Assembly (NCBI RefSeq): GCF_006345805.1
Contig: NC_043000.1
Coordinates: 99,386,001-99,450,000, forward strand
Reading direction: 5' to 3'
Source: Octopus sinensis
Lineage: Eukaryota
DNA length: 64,000 bases
The position numbers and the translations under genes were made by a program. Numbering within the stretch: the stretch's first letter is position 1; every line of letters begins with the position of its first letter. Shown here piece by piece: positions 26,094 to 39,576 of this stretch. The notes under the pieces are model-generated. The model was given only the letters and a program-made list of their open reading frames with translations, was not told the origin of the DNA and made no database searches.

Positions 26094-27508
26094 CCCTTTC
26101 GCATTCAATCCAACCATACCCAGCCAAAATATTCTATTTGTCTTATGTTCAAAATGGCCAAATACAGTCTCTCACACCTACCCTACAATGTCATTCTAAA
26201 CGTTCAAGGGGTGTCTAAAAAGTCTTGAGCCTCAAAAAACAAAACATAGTACAAGACTTCTGATGATTTATTTTTTAACATAGTCCCCTTTGACGGCTGA
26301 ACTCTTTCTCCAGTGGTGCTGAAGTGCCATTATCCCGGCGTAGAGGAACTCTTTTGTTTGAGACTCTAAGAAACGTCCTACAGTGTCTATGACGTCATTG
26401 TCAGTGGCAAAATGGCAACTAACCAGGGCTTTTTATCATTTTTGGGAATAGATGAAAGTCAGAGGGGGCTAAGTCTGGAGAATAAGGCAGATGGGGAACA
26501 AGTTTGTATCTACAATCACGAATTGTCGCCATGGCAACCACTGAGGTGTGGGCTGGAGTATTGTCGTGGCATTACAGTAGCTTTTCAAGGTAATCGATCA
26601 GCAAGACACCTTGAGAATCCCAAAAACTGATGCCATGACCTTGCCAGCTGAAGGAATGACCTGGCCTTCTTTAGGATAGGGGAAGATGTGTGCTTCCACT
26701 GCTTTGATTGTTCTTTGGTTTCAGGCTGGTAGTGATGAACCCATCTTTTGTCCATAGTAATAAAACGAGCAAGAAAATTCTCTTCATCGGCTTCAAACAG
26801 TTCCAGATTGCTCGTGGGCAAAGTGCACCTGGTGTGTTTCTGTTCAGGAATCAAAAGGCAAGGGACCTACCTTACAGAAGCCTTTGAGAACCCAAGTTCT
26901 TTTGCCACAATGTTGTCTGCTCTTTCATTTGAGATGCCCAGTCTCTCAGCTATCTGGTGACATGATATTTGATGATCTTGCATTATCATACCAAGAGCAA
27001 GGTCAATGTTCTCCTTGGTAGTTGCAGTTGGAGGCCTCCCTGGTCTGGGATCATCTTCCACACTCTCTCTGCCATGCTGGAATTCATTTACCCAGCATTT
27101 GACTGTTGCATATGAAGGAGCATTGTCTGTTAAGGTTCTCACCATATCTTAATGGATTTCTGATGGAGTCATGCCTTTCAAATGAAGGCACTTCATGACA
27201 GCACGATTCACAGTTTTCTCCATTTTCCTTGTAACCTCGACACTTGTTTATTCAAAAATCTGTAACAAAAAAATAATAAAAATATCAGAATCACGAAAAT
27301 GAGCAAGAATACTCCGAAAAGACTGTACTTACCAGAAAAAATTGTTTCAGCTACCTTGCAGCCCTGTTTCTAGATTAGGCTCAAAACTTTTCATACACCC
27401 CTCGTAAGCAATCCTATAATCGAAATCTTAGTTACAAGATAATGCATGGTTAATTCAATGTGAATAAATAAGCTTTACATTTGACAAAGAAATCTAAATG
27501 CTAAAGGG
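26094..27508. mobile_element. piggyBac-type MITE (TTAA TSD) split by a mariner insertion
   Basis: TTAA|CCCTTTCGCATT ... AATGCTAAAGGG|TTAA; about 215 bp of MITE sequence lies outside the nested mariner. Confidence 0.8.
26205..27404 (-). mobile_element. Mariner transposon with both TIRs; transposase pseudogene 26268-27223 with internal deletion
   Basis: TIR CGAGGGGTGTATGAAAAGTTTTGAGCCT and a diverged copy; PSYATVKCWVNEF, DDPRPGRP, FITMDKRWVHHYQPETK, HDNTPAH, YSPDLAPSDF. The segment between IDYLEK and HDN is missing. Confidence 0.9.
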
Positions 27509-28316
27509 TTAATCAATTCATTATTTAGTTGGATGACTTGCCTGGACCAATGCAATCCTTCCATGCCAAATGTCCTAGTGGGGTGATGCGGCATGAACAT
27601 CTAGCCTGGATTTTAGTCACACTGGTCTTTTGCCAGCTGAAATATCTCATTTGTGCATGTCACGATGATAGAAGATAGCAGTAGTTTGCTCACTGAACTG
27701 ATTGATCCAGTCCATTAAGAGTTCATTTTCTGTTCATTCATTCAGCATCAAGTGATAACCACCATTGCTTTAATAACATTCATTTGCCTGGCCATTGCTA
27801 AGGGAGTGCACTGGACAGTATTGTACTCTTACTATTCATCGGTCTACCCTCAGATTTAGAAAATACAGTTTAACAAAAACCTTCCCACAATACAAATTAG
27901 AGCCTACCCAGAATATTCTGATGCACCCCCAGGCACCAAAGTCTGGTGATGGGCCTATTCATTTGCTGAAATTGTTCACACCCACCATGCTGCATCCCAT
28001 GATTACAGTGTACTCTTGTTTGGTGGTTACATGGTATTTAATCCATGGCTAGGACCCTGGCAAGCTAAATAGTGGTTCCGCACTCCTCAAAAACTTGGAA
28101 CTCTCAAACCAGGGCCCTTCTACTGGATACAGTTTAAAGTCATAATTATTGAAGAATGTTTTTATTTGTAACATTCAAAATACAACTCCTTAATCTATGT
28201 ATCAATCTTGTGAGTCTTGAATAGTCTGCATAGGTCATAGGAACTGTACATCGACCTCCTGAGTAAGCAATAAAAACAATATCAACAATACCAACAACAA
28301 CAACACTCTATCATAG

Positions 28317-28428
28317 CAGGCATAGGCAACTTTTTATATCAGAAGTAAACTTCAGATCTAAAACAAATTCAAAGTAATTTAGGTTTGCTATTCAGAAAGT
28401 CCCATGGGTCACAATTTGCTTATGACTG
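28317..28428. mobile_element. Possible small degenerate hAT MITE
   Basis: CAGGCATAGGCAAC vs TTTGCTTATGACTG; flanks match only partly (..ATAG). Confidence 0.35.
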
Positions 28429-31400
28429 TCCTATAGAGTCACTCTGTTATTAATAGCAGTCAAATCCATTTCAAATCATACCTTATTTTCTGATATAAGG
28501 AACAATCTCATTACATAATACTGGTCCTATGTGCGTCTAAAAGATGGGATGGTCATAGCTAGAATGTCAAGCAAAACTGGCCCTGAATTAAACGACAGCA
28601 GCAGCAGCCATTCAAGAATTTGGACCTGGAGATCTCCATTTCAAGCGACTTTGAGGGCCACCTCCCAGTGGTATCGGGTGTCAACGAAGAGCCTTCGACT
28701 ACAACAAGACGACCAAAGTTTTTTTTCCCAAGGTCTGGGGTCTCCCGCCCCTAAGCCCTAAACCATCACCTAATCACCCTTACCCGTCTTGTTGCTTAAC
28801 AACAACAACAACAACAACAGCAGCTGTAGTAATGGTTTCACTGGTACAATATCTCAAATTTGCAAAGTGGCATGTAGGTAATTTAATCAACTCCAGCACT
28901 TACAAGGTTGGCTATAGTGGGATTTGAACTCAAAATGTTGAGAGTGTTACTGAATACCCCAGTGCTAAATCTATTGTTAGATATTGCGATTTCTAACACT
29001 GGCACATTGCCACACATTTTTAGGAGGAATGGCATGACTAATTAATTAAACAGGTTCCTGGATTTGATCAGCACATATTTTACCAACTCCAGAAAAATGA
29101 AAAATAGAAAGTCTACTTCAGTTCATTCTGAACACAGAATGCAAAAAAAAGGACAATAGTAAATACCACAAGGTATATTGTTCAGTGCCTTATTAATACT
29201 ACCTATCAACGACAGCAGTAACAGAGCCACAAAGGCACATATGTGGTAAAGGTAAGAACTACAACATAGCCACCGGTGCTGCATACTTTGTATAAGGACA
29301 TAGTCTTTTGTATCCCAAACTTGATTAAGGCCAGCTGAGGAAGCTTCACATACTGCCCCAGCAATGGTTTCTCTTTGACCTGTCTGTTGTAACAAGACAT
29401 GAAAACAAATTCTCAACTTCTTGAAGCTGGCTGAGTTCACGCTAACTTTACTTCAGTATTACTATTTACAGATCTCTCTTACTCTCGTTACCCATTTTGT
29501 GTTGAACCCCACCCCACCCCCTCATGCCCTACGCTAATCACTGTACCCAGAGTTTCCTCATCAGAATGTGGCTCCTTAGACATTCCTTTCCTGCACGTGT
29601 CTTAACCTATATATATATTGGCTTGGTAATATTTAGAGGAACATTATTGACAACAATCTCGTTAATCTAGGTGACTCCCAAACCCTGCAAATTTATAAAT
29701 AATCACTAAATGTGAAATAACTGACTAAAAGTAAGGGGTTTCTTCTCGACTAACCCGTAGGCTCGACTTCCAGAGCTGTATATCTGTTTTTAATTTTACT
29801 TATTAAACACTATATAGCAGTAATTAATATGAATAAATTAGCAACTTATATTTAAGGTATCTAATTCATTAAGAAAAAAAAAAAAGTCTGTTATACCATT
29901 TATTTGCAGCAGTCTTAAAATCCAGCATTGGAAAAAATTCTGTGGCATCCCCTTCTTTGGTGGTCTAAGCATGTGCTTCCTTTTTAGCATCGTCCTGATT
30001 TTATGGACCTTAGGGCTTGATTGGTAACTTGTGCTCAGTCCCTACGGATGAAAGCAAATGTGACCTCGACGGAATTTCAATTCGGAATATTAAATAACAC
30101 GATTAAATACCGTCAGACAGTTTATCCGCTGACATCTCACTGATTCAGTTACTCCACCGACCACCCTTTAAGCAATAAACGGGGTTTCTACGTAGACGTT
30201 AAACCTCTCAGAAATATTTAGCCAAATTTACCTCAAATCGCACCCTCTACAGCGTTAAATAAAGGAAAGGATATTGGATAATGTATAAAAGTCTGATACT
30301 GAAAACGATGGGATTATAGCTCTTTTCAATTAGGACTTACCTCGGGTTAAACAAGAACAACAACAAAACGTACCGAAGCCTCTACTTTAGCAACTAAATT
30401 AGCCTCAAAAACATACCCTTCCAACTTGTAAAAATAGGAAAGGTAGAATGGATAATGTAGCCCTAAATAGAATGCGGTTGGCGTTGTGGGGTGGGGTTAA
30501 AGATAGTTACGGCTGGAATGCTTTTCAGAATGGTTTTGCTCGATGAAGGATAAATTGGGACTAAACAACAACAACACTAGTGAAAAACACTCTTTACTAT
30601 ACTTATTGATATCAATTAACGGCTATAATAGTACATACCACAGCTACTACTGCAGTAGATACTGTTGCTGACACTACGAATACTATTACTACTACTGCAG
30701 TGTAGCTGCTGCTGCTGCTATTCTGCTGTTGCTGCTGCTGCTGCTTCTACTACAGAAACCGTCATCGTCGCCGTATAACCGTCATTCACTATTATTATTT
30801 TTTCTTCTTACACTTTGGACAATCCACTTTCTATAGTACATTTTACTCGTTTACCACTGGTTTATCCTACTATGGCTACCAATATATGTACGTATGATGA
30901 AACTATTATTATCATTATTATTATTGTGCATATTATAATTATTCTTTCTTTTCGTTCTTGTTGATGTTATTTTTTTTAACCCTAGATCTTCCCCGCCGAT
31001 CGTGCAAACCTTATGATCAAAGACATTCCAGCTGAAACCATTCCGTCTTTTATAGTGAATCTAGGGCTACATTATTCAATGTGTCATTCCGTTTCTTAAG
31101 TATATTTTCAAATTTAATGGTGGTGCGAGTGATTAGAAAGATATATGACTGCTATTTCAAGCATGTCGGGCGACCATCTTCATTAGCCCGGGCTCCATGT
31201 CTCGTTGCCGTTATGCATATTATCGCAGTTAGATGCTTCTTAACGCCTATTATCATCATCGTCTGGATTTGCAGAATAGATTGAGCGGTTAGACAAAAAT
31301 ACCTTGTTCTATTTAGTTAACTGATATTATACATTCTAAGTTCAAAACCCGTCCATATCAACTTCACTGCTTTCATATTATTCGGGGGTCGTAAATGTAC

Positions 31401-31912
31401 TGACGTTGATGTAATGTAATCACAACCCTCCCTTGAAAGATAACTGTCGTTTTGTGACAATGTCAAAAATTAAAATATATACACATCATACACACGTGCG
31501 TGCGTGCGTGCGTATGTATGTATCTATGTGCACGTATGTATTTGTGTGTAAGTATATATATGCATGTATGTATATAGTCGCGGTTACTATTAGGAGATTT
31601 CATGAATGGTGCGTGAGGAATATAGTAAACACGCTTTCGATGAATGGATCGGCCATTCAGTTTTCAGTTCCGCTTGTGAGGGTGTGGAACCGAAAGAGGC
31701 CATGTGCCCGGAAGACTGGATATATTTTTAAAAATATTTCTAGCGGTTTGTGCGTGTGCTCTGACGTTCCCCTGAGAATCTGCTTTCTAAATTTGGAAGC
31801 TTATAAATATATCATACTATATAATACAAACATAAGTACATATGTACATAAATACATACATACATACATACGCACTCGCGCACACACGCATACACACACA
31901 CACACACACACA

Positions 31913-32025
31913 CATATTTTGCGTACATTGCTATACGTGTGCAGTACATGACACCAATTAAAACTAAAAATGAATGAGTTAATTAAATTGTGAAACCGTT
32001 TCCTGACTTTTGGCCTGTCCTTTAT

Positions 32026-32056
<31 letters not shown>

Positions 32057-32192
32057 TATTTTGCGTACATTGCTATACGTGTGCAGTACATGACACCAAT
32101 TAAAACTAAAAATGAATGAGTTAATTAAATTGTGAAACCGTTTCCTGACTTTTGGCCTGTCCTTTATACATATACACACACACACACACATA
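31913..32192. repeat. Tandem duplication, ~142-bp unit bounded by (CA)n
   Basis: CATATTTTGCGTACATTG..CTTTATACATATACAC occurs twice. Confidence 0.95.
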
Positions 32193-32811
32193 TATATGTG
32201 TGTGTGTGTGTGTGCGTGTGTATAAGTGCATGCGTGCGTATCGGTAGCAAAGCGAGGGTGTTGGGGGCGGTGCCCCCTGGGCTATGCTTTTATGGGGCTT
32301 CTTACGCAAGGGCTGTCCCGGGCGGCACCCTTTTGCTACGTCACTGGTGTGTGTGTGTGTATAAGTATACATGTGTGCATGTAATCATACATATATATAT
32401 ATGCATACATATGCATATATATATATATACATATATAGGTCAAATATGTATGTATATATAGATATGTGTGTTTGTATGTAAACGCCCACACACGTGTATA
32501 TATGATTGTGTGAATGAGAAAGGAGTACTCAATAAGAATTCTTTAATACATTTACTGGAAGTTGAAACTTCAAACTTCATATGTCAGTAATCGGAGTTTT
32601 TCATTTGTCATCTCAGCAAAAATTGTGACCAATATGACATGAGAAATGTTGTCACAGAATATGATTTGTTATTTACCATTTCATATACTACTTTTTCTAT
32701 TGATCACAGTTATCCAAAGTTTGGAAATCGTAGAATTTATGAAGTTGCAGCTGTTTCTATAAATGACACATACATAAAAGCGTACATGCTTAAAAGCATG
32801 TATGTATGCAT

Positions 32812-33102
32812 GTCATTATTCAGTTTTATTTCAAGATTTCTTGTCAATAGAGAAAGAGCTGGTTTCTAACATAGATCCAAAATGCCTTCATTGGAATTTC
32901 AACACCAACAACAGGGTATTTTTGTTTGTTTGTATGTATGTATAAGTGCAGATTTGTATATTTTGTTTTATGTGTGTATTCTCATGCATATAGTTGAATA
33001 TTTAGACATGCTCATATATATTTAAAATGATAAACTTCTGGAAAATTTTACAGATTTTTACAGTTCCAGTGATGGATTGGATCTGTAGTCTTCAAATTAG
33101 CT
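32812..33102 (-). mobile_element. R4/Dong-like 3' fragment flanked by (ATAC)n
   Basis: Encodes LQIQSITGTVKICKIFQKFII*; 3' end GAAATAAAACTGAATAATGAC runs into ATAC repeats; 5' junction also in ATAC repeats. Confidence 0.75.
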
Positions 33103-33174
33103 TATGTATGTATGTATTCTTTTATTCTTTTACTTGTTTCTGTCATTTGACTGCAGCCATTCTGGAGCGATTTT

Positions 33175-34065
33175 GTCTTTTAAGTTTTATTTAAGTTCTT
33201 CTTGAGAGAGTTCGAGCCAGTCGCTAACAAAGTGACAAGACTTTTTGAATTAAGAGAGTTCCCAGTGTTTGTAAATGTGTGGTTGAGTTGGTGTGTTGGT
33301 TGAACTGTTGATGCACACACCCAAGTGTGTGCATCTGTTCATCTAAAAATCTCAGATGGAGAATCTTTGGAATGTCTTACAAATCTTCACTGTGCCGCTA
33401 ATAGATTGGATTTAGAGAATGCGTGTCAGTTTTTTTGTTTTTTTTAGCTCTTTCTTTGAAAAATCTAGTATTTCCTGTTTATTTTTGTGTAAATCTGTAG
33501 GTTCATAGCCAAATGTACCTATGATGATAGATACAAAATGAGAATTTATAGTCAGCATACAAGAGCTGTATGTTTCACATTAATTCATGTTCTCTTTATC
33601 TTGGACCTTTGATGGTACATTCACATCTGCTGAGCAGCTGACCTCTTCACCAGTGCATGACTTTTGTTCTCTGTTCCACAAAACAATATCAGGTCTGTTA
33701 TGTTTGCACCAAACTGCTGCTTTTGTTGTAGTGTTCCATCAGTATTCCTTGCTTTTAAAGGCGTCTGACATGCCTTTGATGTATTCGTCAGAGTAATCCA
33801 TCTTGCATCAATCTTGTAGATAGCATTGTAAATAGTAAATAGTTTTTGCAACTATTTCATGCCTTAGAAACAAGTATTGCATAGACATTTTGGAGCAGCT
33901 GATTTTGATGATGTGGGTGATATCTTCCACACTGGTATAGCATAGCTGAGTTTAGTGGTATCTCTGTCTCTCTATTTTATCAGGAATTTTGTAGCTATTT
34001 CCTGTTTCTGGATAGCAAAGGCATATCCTTCTAGCTGGGATATAATGCATCTAACACAGGTCCAG
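33175..34065 (-). mobile_element. R4/Dong-like fragment with zinc-knuckle region and restriction-like endonuclease
   Basis: Hand translation with stops and shifts: SQLEGYAFAIQ..EDITHII..RHEIVAKTIY..CKHNRPDIVLWNRE..EEVSC..IIIGTFGY..SISGTVKICKTFQRFSI* (stop 33354-33352). Perfect hairpin GATGCACACAC/GTGTGTGCATC in the 3'UTR. Confidence 0.8.
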
Positions 34066-34186
34066 GAGAAGCTACTCTATGTATGTACATACATATATGT
34101 ATACATACATACATACATACATATGTATGTACAAATGCACACACACATGCATACATTTATATATCTATATGCCATGATAGATCGCT

Positions 34187-34493
34187 AGCCACTACACATT
34201 CTTTATTTTCTCTCCTTGTTTCTTTCTGTGGAAGAGTGTAGGCTCAAAACGTTAAAGACTTTTCCACTTCTTGGGCGTTATACTAATACGTCTGTTTGTT
34301 GTCTACACCACCTGTCTTTGTCTTTTGTTTTTTTTGTGAATTCTCCCCCTATATATATATGTAGACAACAAACAGATGTATTAGTTTAATGCTTGGGAAG
34401 TGAAAAAGTCTTTAATGTTTCAAGCCGATGCACTTCCACAGAAAAGGAGAACAAAAAGAAACAAGGATAGAAAATAAAGAATGTGTAGTGGCT
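34187..34493. mobile_element. Inverted pair of PLE-type pseudo-LTR fragments around a short (TA)n
   Basis: 34187-34306 is the approximate reverse complement of 34361-34493. Both arms carry a degenerate hammerhead-like motif CTGTGGAAG-stem-(G/A)AAAC. Confidence 0.55.
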
Positions 34494-34542
34494 GTAAAGA
34501 TTATATATATCGTATGTGGGTGTGTATATTTACACATACATA

Positions 34543-35195
34543 AGACGGTTGGCTGAAAAGTTCATAGGCTAACCAAGATACTCTCATAGAATGTGACCAA
34601 ATGTGGTCTATTTTTCAACACAGTTCCCTATGTGATCCACATATGTCTTCCATCAATGTTACAATATTTGCATCCCACTGGTGTAGAAGCTTTCATCCTG
34701 TTGGTCAAAAAGACATCATCATCACTGCAATACTAGTTCCCAGCCAAGTGTTTTTCCATGTTGGGGTACAATTGATAATCAGATGGTGCCAAATCAGGAG
34801 ACTAGGGAGGATGATTAACCAGTTCAAAGCCACAGTCACGTACATCAGCCATTGAAACCAAGGACTTTTGTGCTGGAGTATTGTCATGATGAAACAAGAC
34901 GGCCCCTTTCTTTAGTTTTCCTGGGCGTTTCGTCTTGTTAGCCTTTTGTAACTGCCTCAGTAAGTTGGCATAGTACTCCATTGATGATGTGGCCCTTTTG
35001 AAAATAGTCAATGCACGCATTGTCTTTTGCATCCCAAAAAACTGAGGCAGTCACCTTCCCTGCTGATGAAATGACCTTGACCTTCAGAGCAGTGTTTTCC
35101 ACTGCATGGATTGTCTCTCTGTATCTGACTCAAAGCGATGAGCCAACACTCATCCTAGGTTAGGAAATGTTGAAAGAAATCAGCTGGATCTGGTT
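34543..35195 (-). mobile_element. Mariner transposon, 3' half (same TIR family as 19785-20455)
   Basis: TIR ..GGCTGAAAAGTTCATAGGCT; SAGKV..SVFWD..YYANLLRQL..LFHHDNTPA..FELVNHPP. Confidence 0.85.
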
Positions 35196-35209
35196 ATTTT
35201 CTCTGCAAT

Positions 35210-35450
35210 GAAGAGGTCTTACCAAGCCTATCATCTTCATTCTGTGTCATCTCCACCATGTGGCCCAAAATCTTGAGATCAGTTTTCATTACTTCTTCCT
35301 ATGACCTCCTGGATCTCCCTCTTCCACATGTTCCAGCCATTTTAAATGATCCACACTCCTTTATAAAGCAGTTATCATCCACCTGCATCTCATGAACATA
35401 CCTGTATAGTCTACTCATCTTATGCCCAATTGTTCTCTCAACACATTTGC
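35210..35450 (-). mobile_element. Short RTE C-terminal fragment
   Basis: YRYVHEMQVDDNCFIKECGSFKMAGTCGRGRSRRS resembles the RTE C-terminus seen at ~19.4-19.6 kb. Confidence 0.5.
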
Positions 35451-35547
35451 ACTTTGTCATATACGCATACTGATATATATATATGTATGTATAATGTATA
35501 TGTATAACGTATACATTATATATCAAAGCTGAAAAAATCATCACGGA

Positions 35548-35944
35548 CTCCTTTATTTTTTTACTTGTTTCAGTCATTTGACTGTGGCTATGCTGGAGCA
35601 CCACTTCTAATCAAGCAAACTGTAAGCCTAGTACTTATTTTATCTGTCTCTTTTGCTGAACCACTAAGTTATGGAGACATAAACACACCAGCATTGATTG
35701 TCAAGCGATGTTGTGGAGACAAACACAGACACACAAATATATGCACATACATACATACATATACATACATATATATATACACATATACGATGGGCTTCTT
35801 TAAGTTTTGTCTACCAGATCCACTCACAAGGCTTTGGTCAGCCCTAGGCTATAGTAGAAGGCACTTGCCCGAGGTGCCATGAAGTAGGACTGAACCTTGT
35901 GGTTGGTAAGCAAGGTATTTACCACACAGCCACTCCTGTGCCTA
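35548..35944 (-). mobile_element. SINE family A
   Basis: Reverse-complement homology to 475-955, including head and tail. Confidence 0.8.
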
Positions 35945-36653
35945 TGTTACTTAGAATTTCACATTACTGTTCGTTGGACAGTTGTGATCATACGTTATAA
36001 TCACAGCTGTCTGATGAATTGTAACATGAAACTCTGAGTAACAGTTTGTGAAGACTTTGCAGCTTTTAATAAAAGCATATTACTCTGTCTTTGGTATTCA
36101 AGTACTCTTTTTTCCACCTTGTTTTGCATTTATGTACTTACTTGTTTATATATATATATATATATATATAAAGAAAAAGGAGATAGTCAGACTACCTCCT
36201 TTTTCTTAATATATAAAATCTGTATAATATTTAAGCAATCTATACTTATATATCTTTATCTGTCTGTCTGTCTCTCAACCATAACATGTCAGGAAATATG
36301 AGAGGTGAATATATTTAGTTAACCACTTGTCATCCTTAGGACTACAGCTGTTTTGCAGCCTTCATCATGTAATAATAATTGTGATATATAATAAATTATA
36401 TTTACACGTCTGTGCTAATATGCATGCTATACATTGTAATGCAATTCTGTATTTACAAATCAGTGTCAATAAAGAAAGCTAGCTCATCAGATCACCAGAA
36501 TGTCATGGTTACACCAATGCTTCAGCTTGAAGTGATAATACTGATGCAATGTAATATTTTAAATCTATTTGATATGGTGTATAATATTTTAACAAGTATT
36601 TGCTGGTAAAGTGGTGATGAAACAATTCTAGTATTATGCATATATTTTATATA

Positions 36654-36963
36654 TCACTGTGATCACTGTGACCAACCAGGCTATCAGATGTTGCTACATA
36701 TCGCTGGTCACAATGCGCTTCGCATTGTTTTAGCCTTCAAATGACGCCACCTTGCTGGCTAAGCGAGCAGGCCAACAAAAGAAAGAGTGAGAGAAGGTTG
36801 TGGAGAAAGAGTACAGCAGGGGTCGCCACCACCCCCTGCCAGAGCCTTGTGGTGCTTTAGGTGTTTTCGCTCAATAAACACTCACAACGCCCGGTCTGGG
36901 AATCTAAACTGCGATCCTGCAACCGCGAGTCCGCTGCCCTAACCACTGGGCTATTGCGCCTCC
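36654..36963 (-). mobile_element. SINE family C variant: same head, different 3' half
   Basis: Head and first ~190 nt match 58950-59141, then the sequences diverge. Confidence 0.8.
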
Positions 36964-37507
36964 ATATATATACATATATACATACATATATATATTTTAT
37001 ATATATGTATGTATAAATATATACACACACATATATGCATAAATACATACGTATATATTATTGATGCCAAGCAGGAGCTTCACAACTGCATGCAGTGTTT
37101 TGGGGAGTATAGATTTAACCTATTGTTACAACTACTTCTAATTCTGCCCTGACCTAGAGCAGACAGAGGAGACAGTTGTGGGAGATGGTTCTATAGTTAA
37201 GGCATACAGGACTTGGAGGAGATTTGGTGCTTTCAGATATGTGTCACTCAGGCTCGTTATGTGAACCAGTTACCTTTCTATGGTTCAGTGCCTCATATGT
37301 ATACTTGGGAGAGCAGGAAACTAGTAGAATAAACTATGTAGCATCCATTACACACTTGGATTGGTTGGTGTTAGGAAGGGCATCCAGCTGTAGAAACCAA
37401 AACAGACTGGAATCTGGTGCAGCCCTCCAGTTTACCAGATCTAGTCAAACCATCTAACCCATACCAGCATGGAAAGCGGACATTAAATGATGATGATGAT
37501 ACATATA

Positions 37508-38964
37508 CCAGGCTTTGCAAAAGTCCTGTTACACTTGGTTTTGATCTTTTGAGAGGTTAATCTGTGTAATAGAAAAAGTGCTGTGAAACATACTGGAAGT
37601 TGTACTTTTGCAGCATATGTCATTAAAATGTCTTTACCATTGTGTGCAGGTGTATGGAGATATAAGCGAAAAGAATCGAGATCTCTTCTCTCCTGTGCAC
37701 AGGCCACAACAAGTCCAACATCACCAAGTGGCTTAATGTCAGCCAGATGACTGTCCACAAAGTTGCAGAGAGGCTCAAAAATGGGAAAGACCTCAAAGAT
37801 GGACCTCGATCAAGCAGACCTCAAATTGTCAGCCGTTTGGCTGCGAGAAAGTCCTTTGAAAGTGATCCAAAGCTCAAAATGACTGTGCTCATGAAGAACA
37901 ATATCTCGGAGGCCACAGTATCCAAGTCCATCAAAAAGGAGGGTGGCAAGAGCTTGAAGTACGAGGAAAGGCCTCTGCTCACTGACCATATGCGAGAACA
38001 ATGTTGGAAGTGCTGTCGTTACCTTCTCAATGACTTGAAGTGTCATGGTAATTGAATTTTCGTTTTTTCTGATAATAAATCCTTCGCGGTCAATCTAGTC
38101 ATCAACAAGAAGAACAGCTGTGCGGTCAGCTTCAGCCAGGATGTCTCCGAGATCTGTTATATGTCCATGACCAAGCATTTCGCTTCCATGATGGTGCTTG
38201 GCATTGTGGTTTCAAATGGTAAGAAGATGCCACCAGTGTGGTTTGCAGCTGGTTACAGGCTCACCACAGCTGACTACAGGGACATCTTAGTCATGAAAGT
38301 CCTACCCTTGGTTAAAAAGATCATGGACAAGGTGCAATATGTCTCTCAGTACAACAGTGTCCCGGTCTACATGGCCAAGGCTGTGCAAGAGTGGTTGAAG
38401 TTCGACATGAACTTTTGGTTGAAGGACTTTTGACTGCTGCTGTTGCCTGACGTTAACCCCCCCCCACCCGACTACAGCATGTGGGTACACAGAAACATCA
38501 ATCAGCTGAAGTCCTCCATCAACGCCAGAATGAGGAAGAACTTCATCCACAATGCGCACATGGCCTTCAGGACTCGCCTGGTGCATGTGCTTGCCACCGA
38601 AGGCAGCCACATTGATTAATATTAATATTCTTTTCTACTCTAGGCATAAGGCCTGAAATTTTAGGGGAGGGGGCTATTTGATCAGATTGACCCCAGCACA
38701 CAACTGGTTCTTAATTTATCGACCCTGAAAGGATGAAAGGCAAAGTCGACCTCGGTGGAACTCAGAATGTAATGACAGACGAAATACTGCTAAGCATTTT
38801 GCCTGGCATGCTAACATTTTTGCCAGCTTGCCGCCTTATTTGATATTAATATTTAAACACATATTTATATGTTAAAAACAAAATGTATCTAACTGCATCA
38901 AAACTATCATTGTGTCCTTTGTTGAGAATGTTGTAATGCGTATAACAGGATTTTTGCAAAGCCT

Positions 38965-38966
<2 letters not shown>
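37508..38966 (+). mobile_element. maT/DD37D-like Tc1/mariner element with both TIRs, TA TSD and a nested SINE
   Basis: TA|CCAGGCTTTGCAAAAGTCCTGTTA ... TAACAGGATTTTTGCAAAGCCTGG|TA; pseudogene ~37654-38618 with FSD, TKHFASMMVLGIV.SNGKKMPPVWF..GYRLT, PDVNP..DYSMW, EGSHID; SINE (-) at ~38636-38842. Confidence 0.85.
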
Positions 38967-39002
<36 letters not shown>

Positions 39003-39532
39003 TGCATACCTACATATATATCGTAGGTAAAGCAATGAACACAAAAGGAAGAAAACAATATGAGAGGGCTAAGTTTAGCAAAACTTGCATTACTATATTT
39101 GATGTCATAAAAGACACACAGGCGTATTAGATGATACATCCCAATTTCAGTTGTGCATATACAGGGAATATGCTTGTGTACCATCTTTCTAGGAATATAG
39201 CATTACTAGGAATATAGCATTACTAGGAGGAGAAGATACCCAGCAAAGCCTGGCATATATATATATATATATATATATGTACATGCATACATACATATAT
39301 ATCGTGGGTAAAGCAATTAACACAAAAGGAAGAAAACAATATGAGAGGGCTAAGTTTAGCAAAACTTGCATTACTATATTTGATGTCATAAAAGACACAC
39401 AGGCGTATTAGATGATACATCCCAATTTCAGTTGTGCATATACAGGGAATATGCTAGTGTACCATCTTTCTAGGAATATAGCATTACTAGGAATATAGCA
39501 TTACTAGGAGGAGAAGATACCCAGCAAAGCCT

Positions 39533-39576
<44 letters not shown>

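Noticed and set aside
33110-33175. Idea that SINE family A shares its 3' tail with the R4/Dong-like LINE
   Set aside because: The LINE 3' end, defined by the other copies, stops at ..AATAAAAC..GAC before the SINE tail starts; this is adjacency, not homology.
19785-35195. Two mariner halves as one split or composite transposon
   Set aside because: Their order is wrong for a split minus-strand element, the interiors face outward, and the halves overlap by ~80 diverged bp; they are independent copies.
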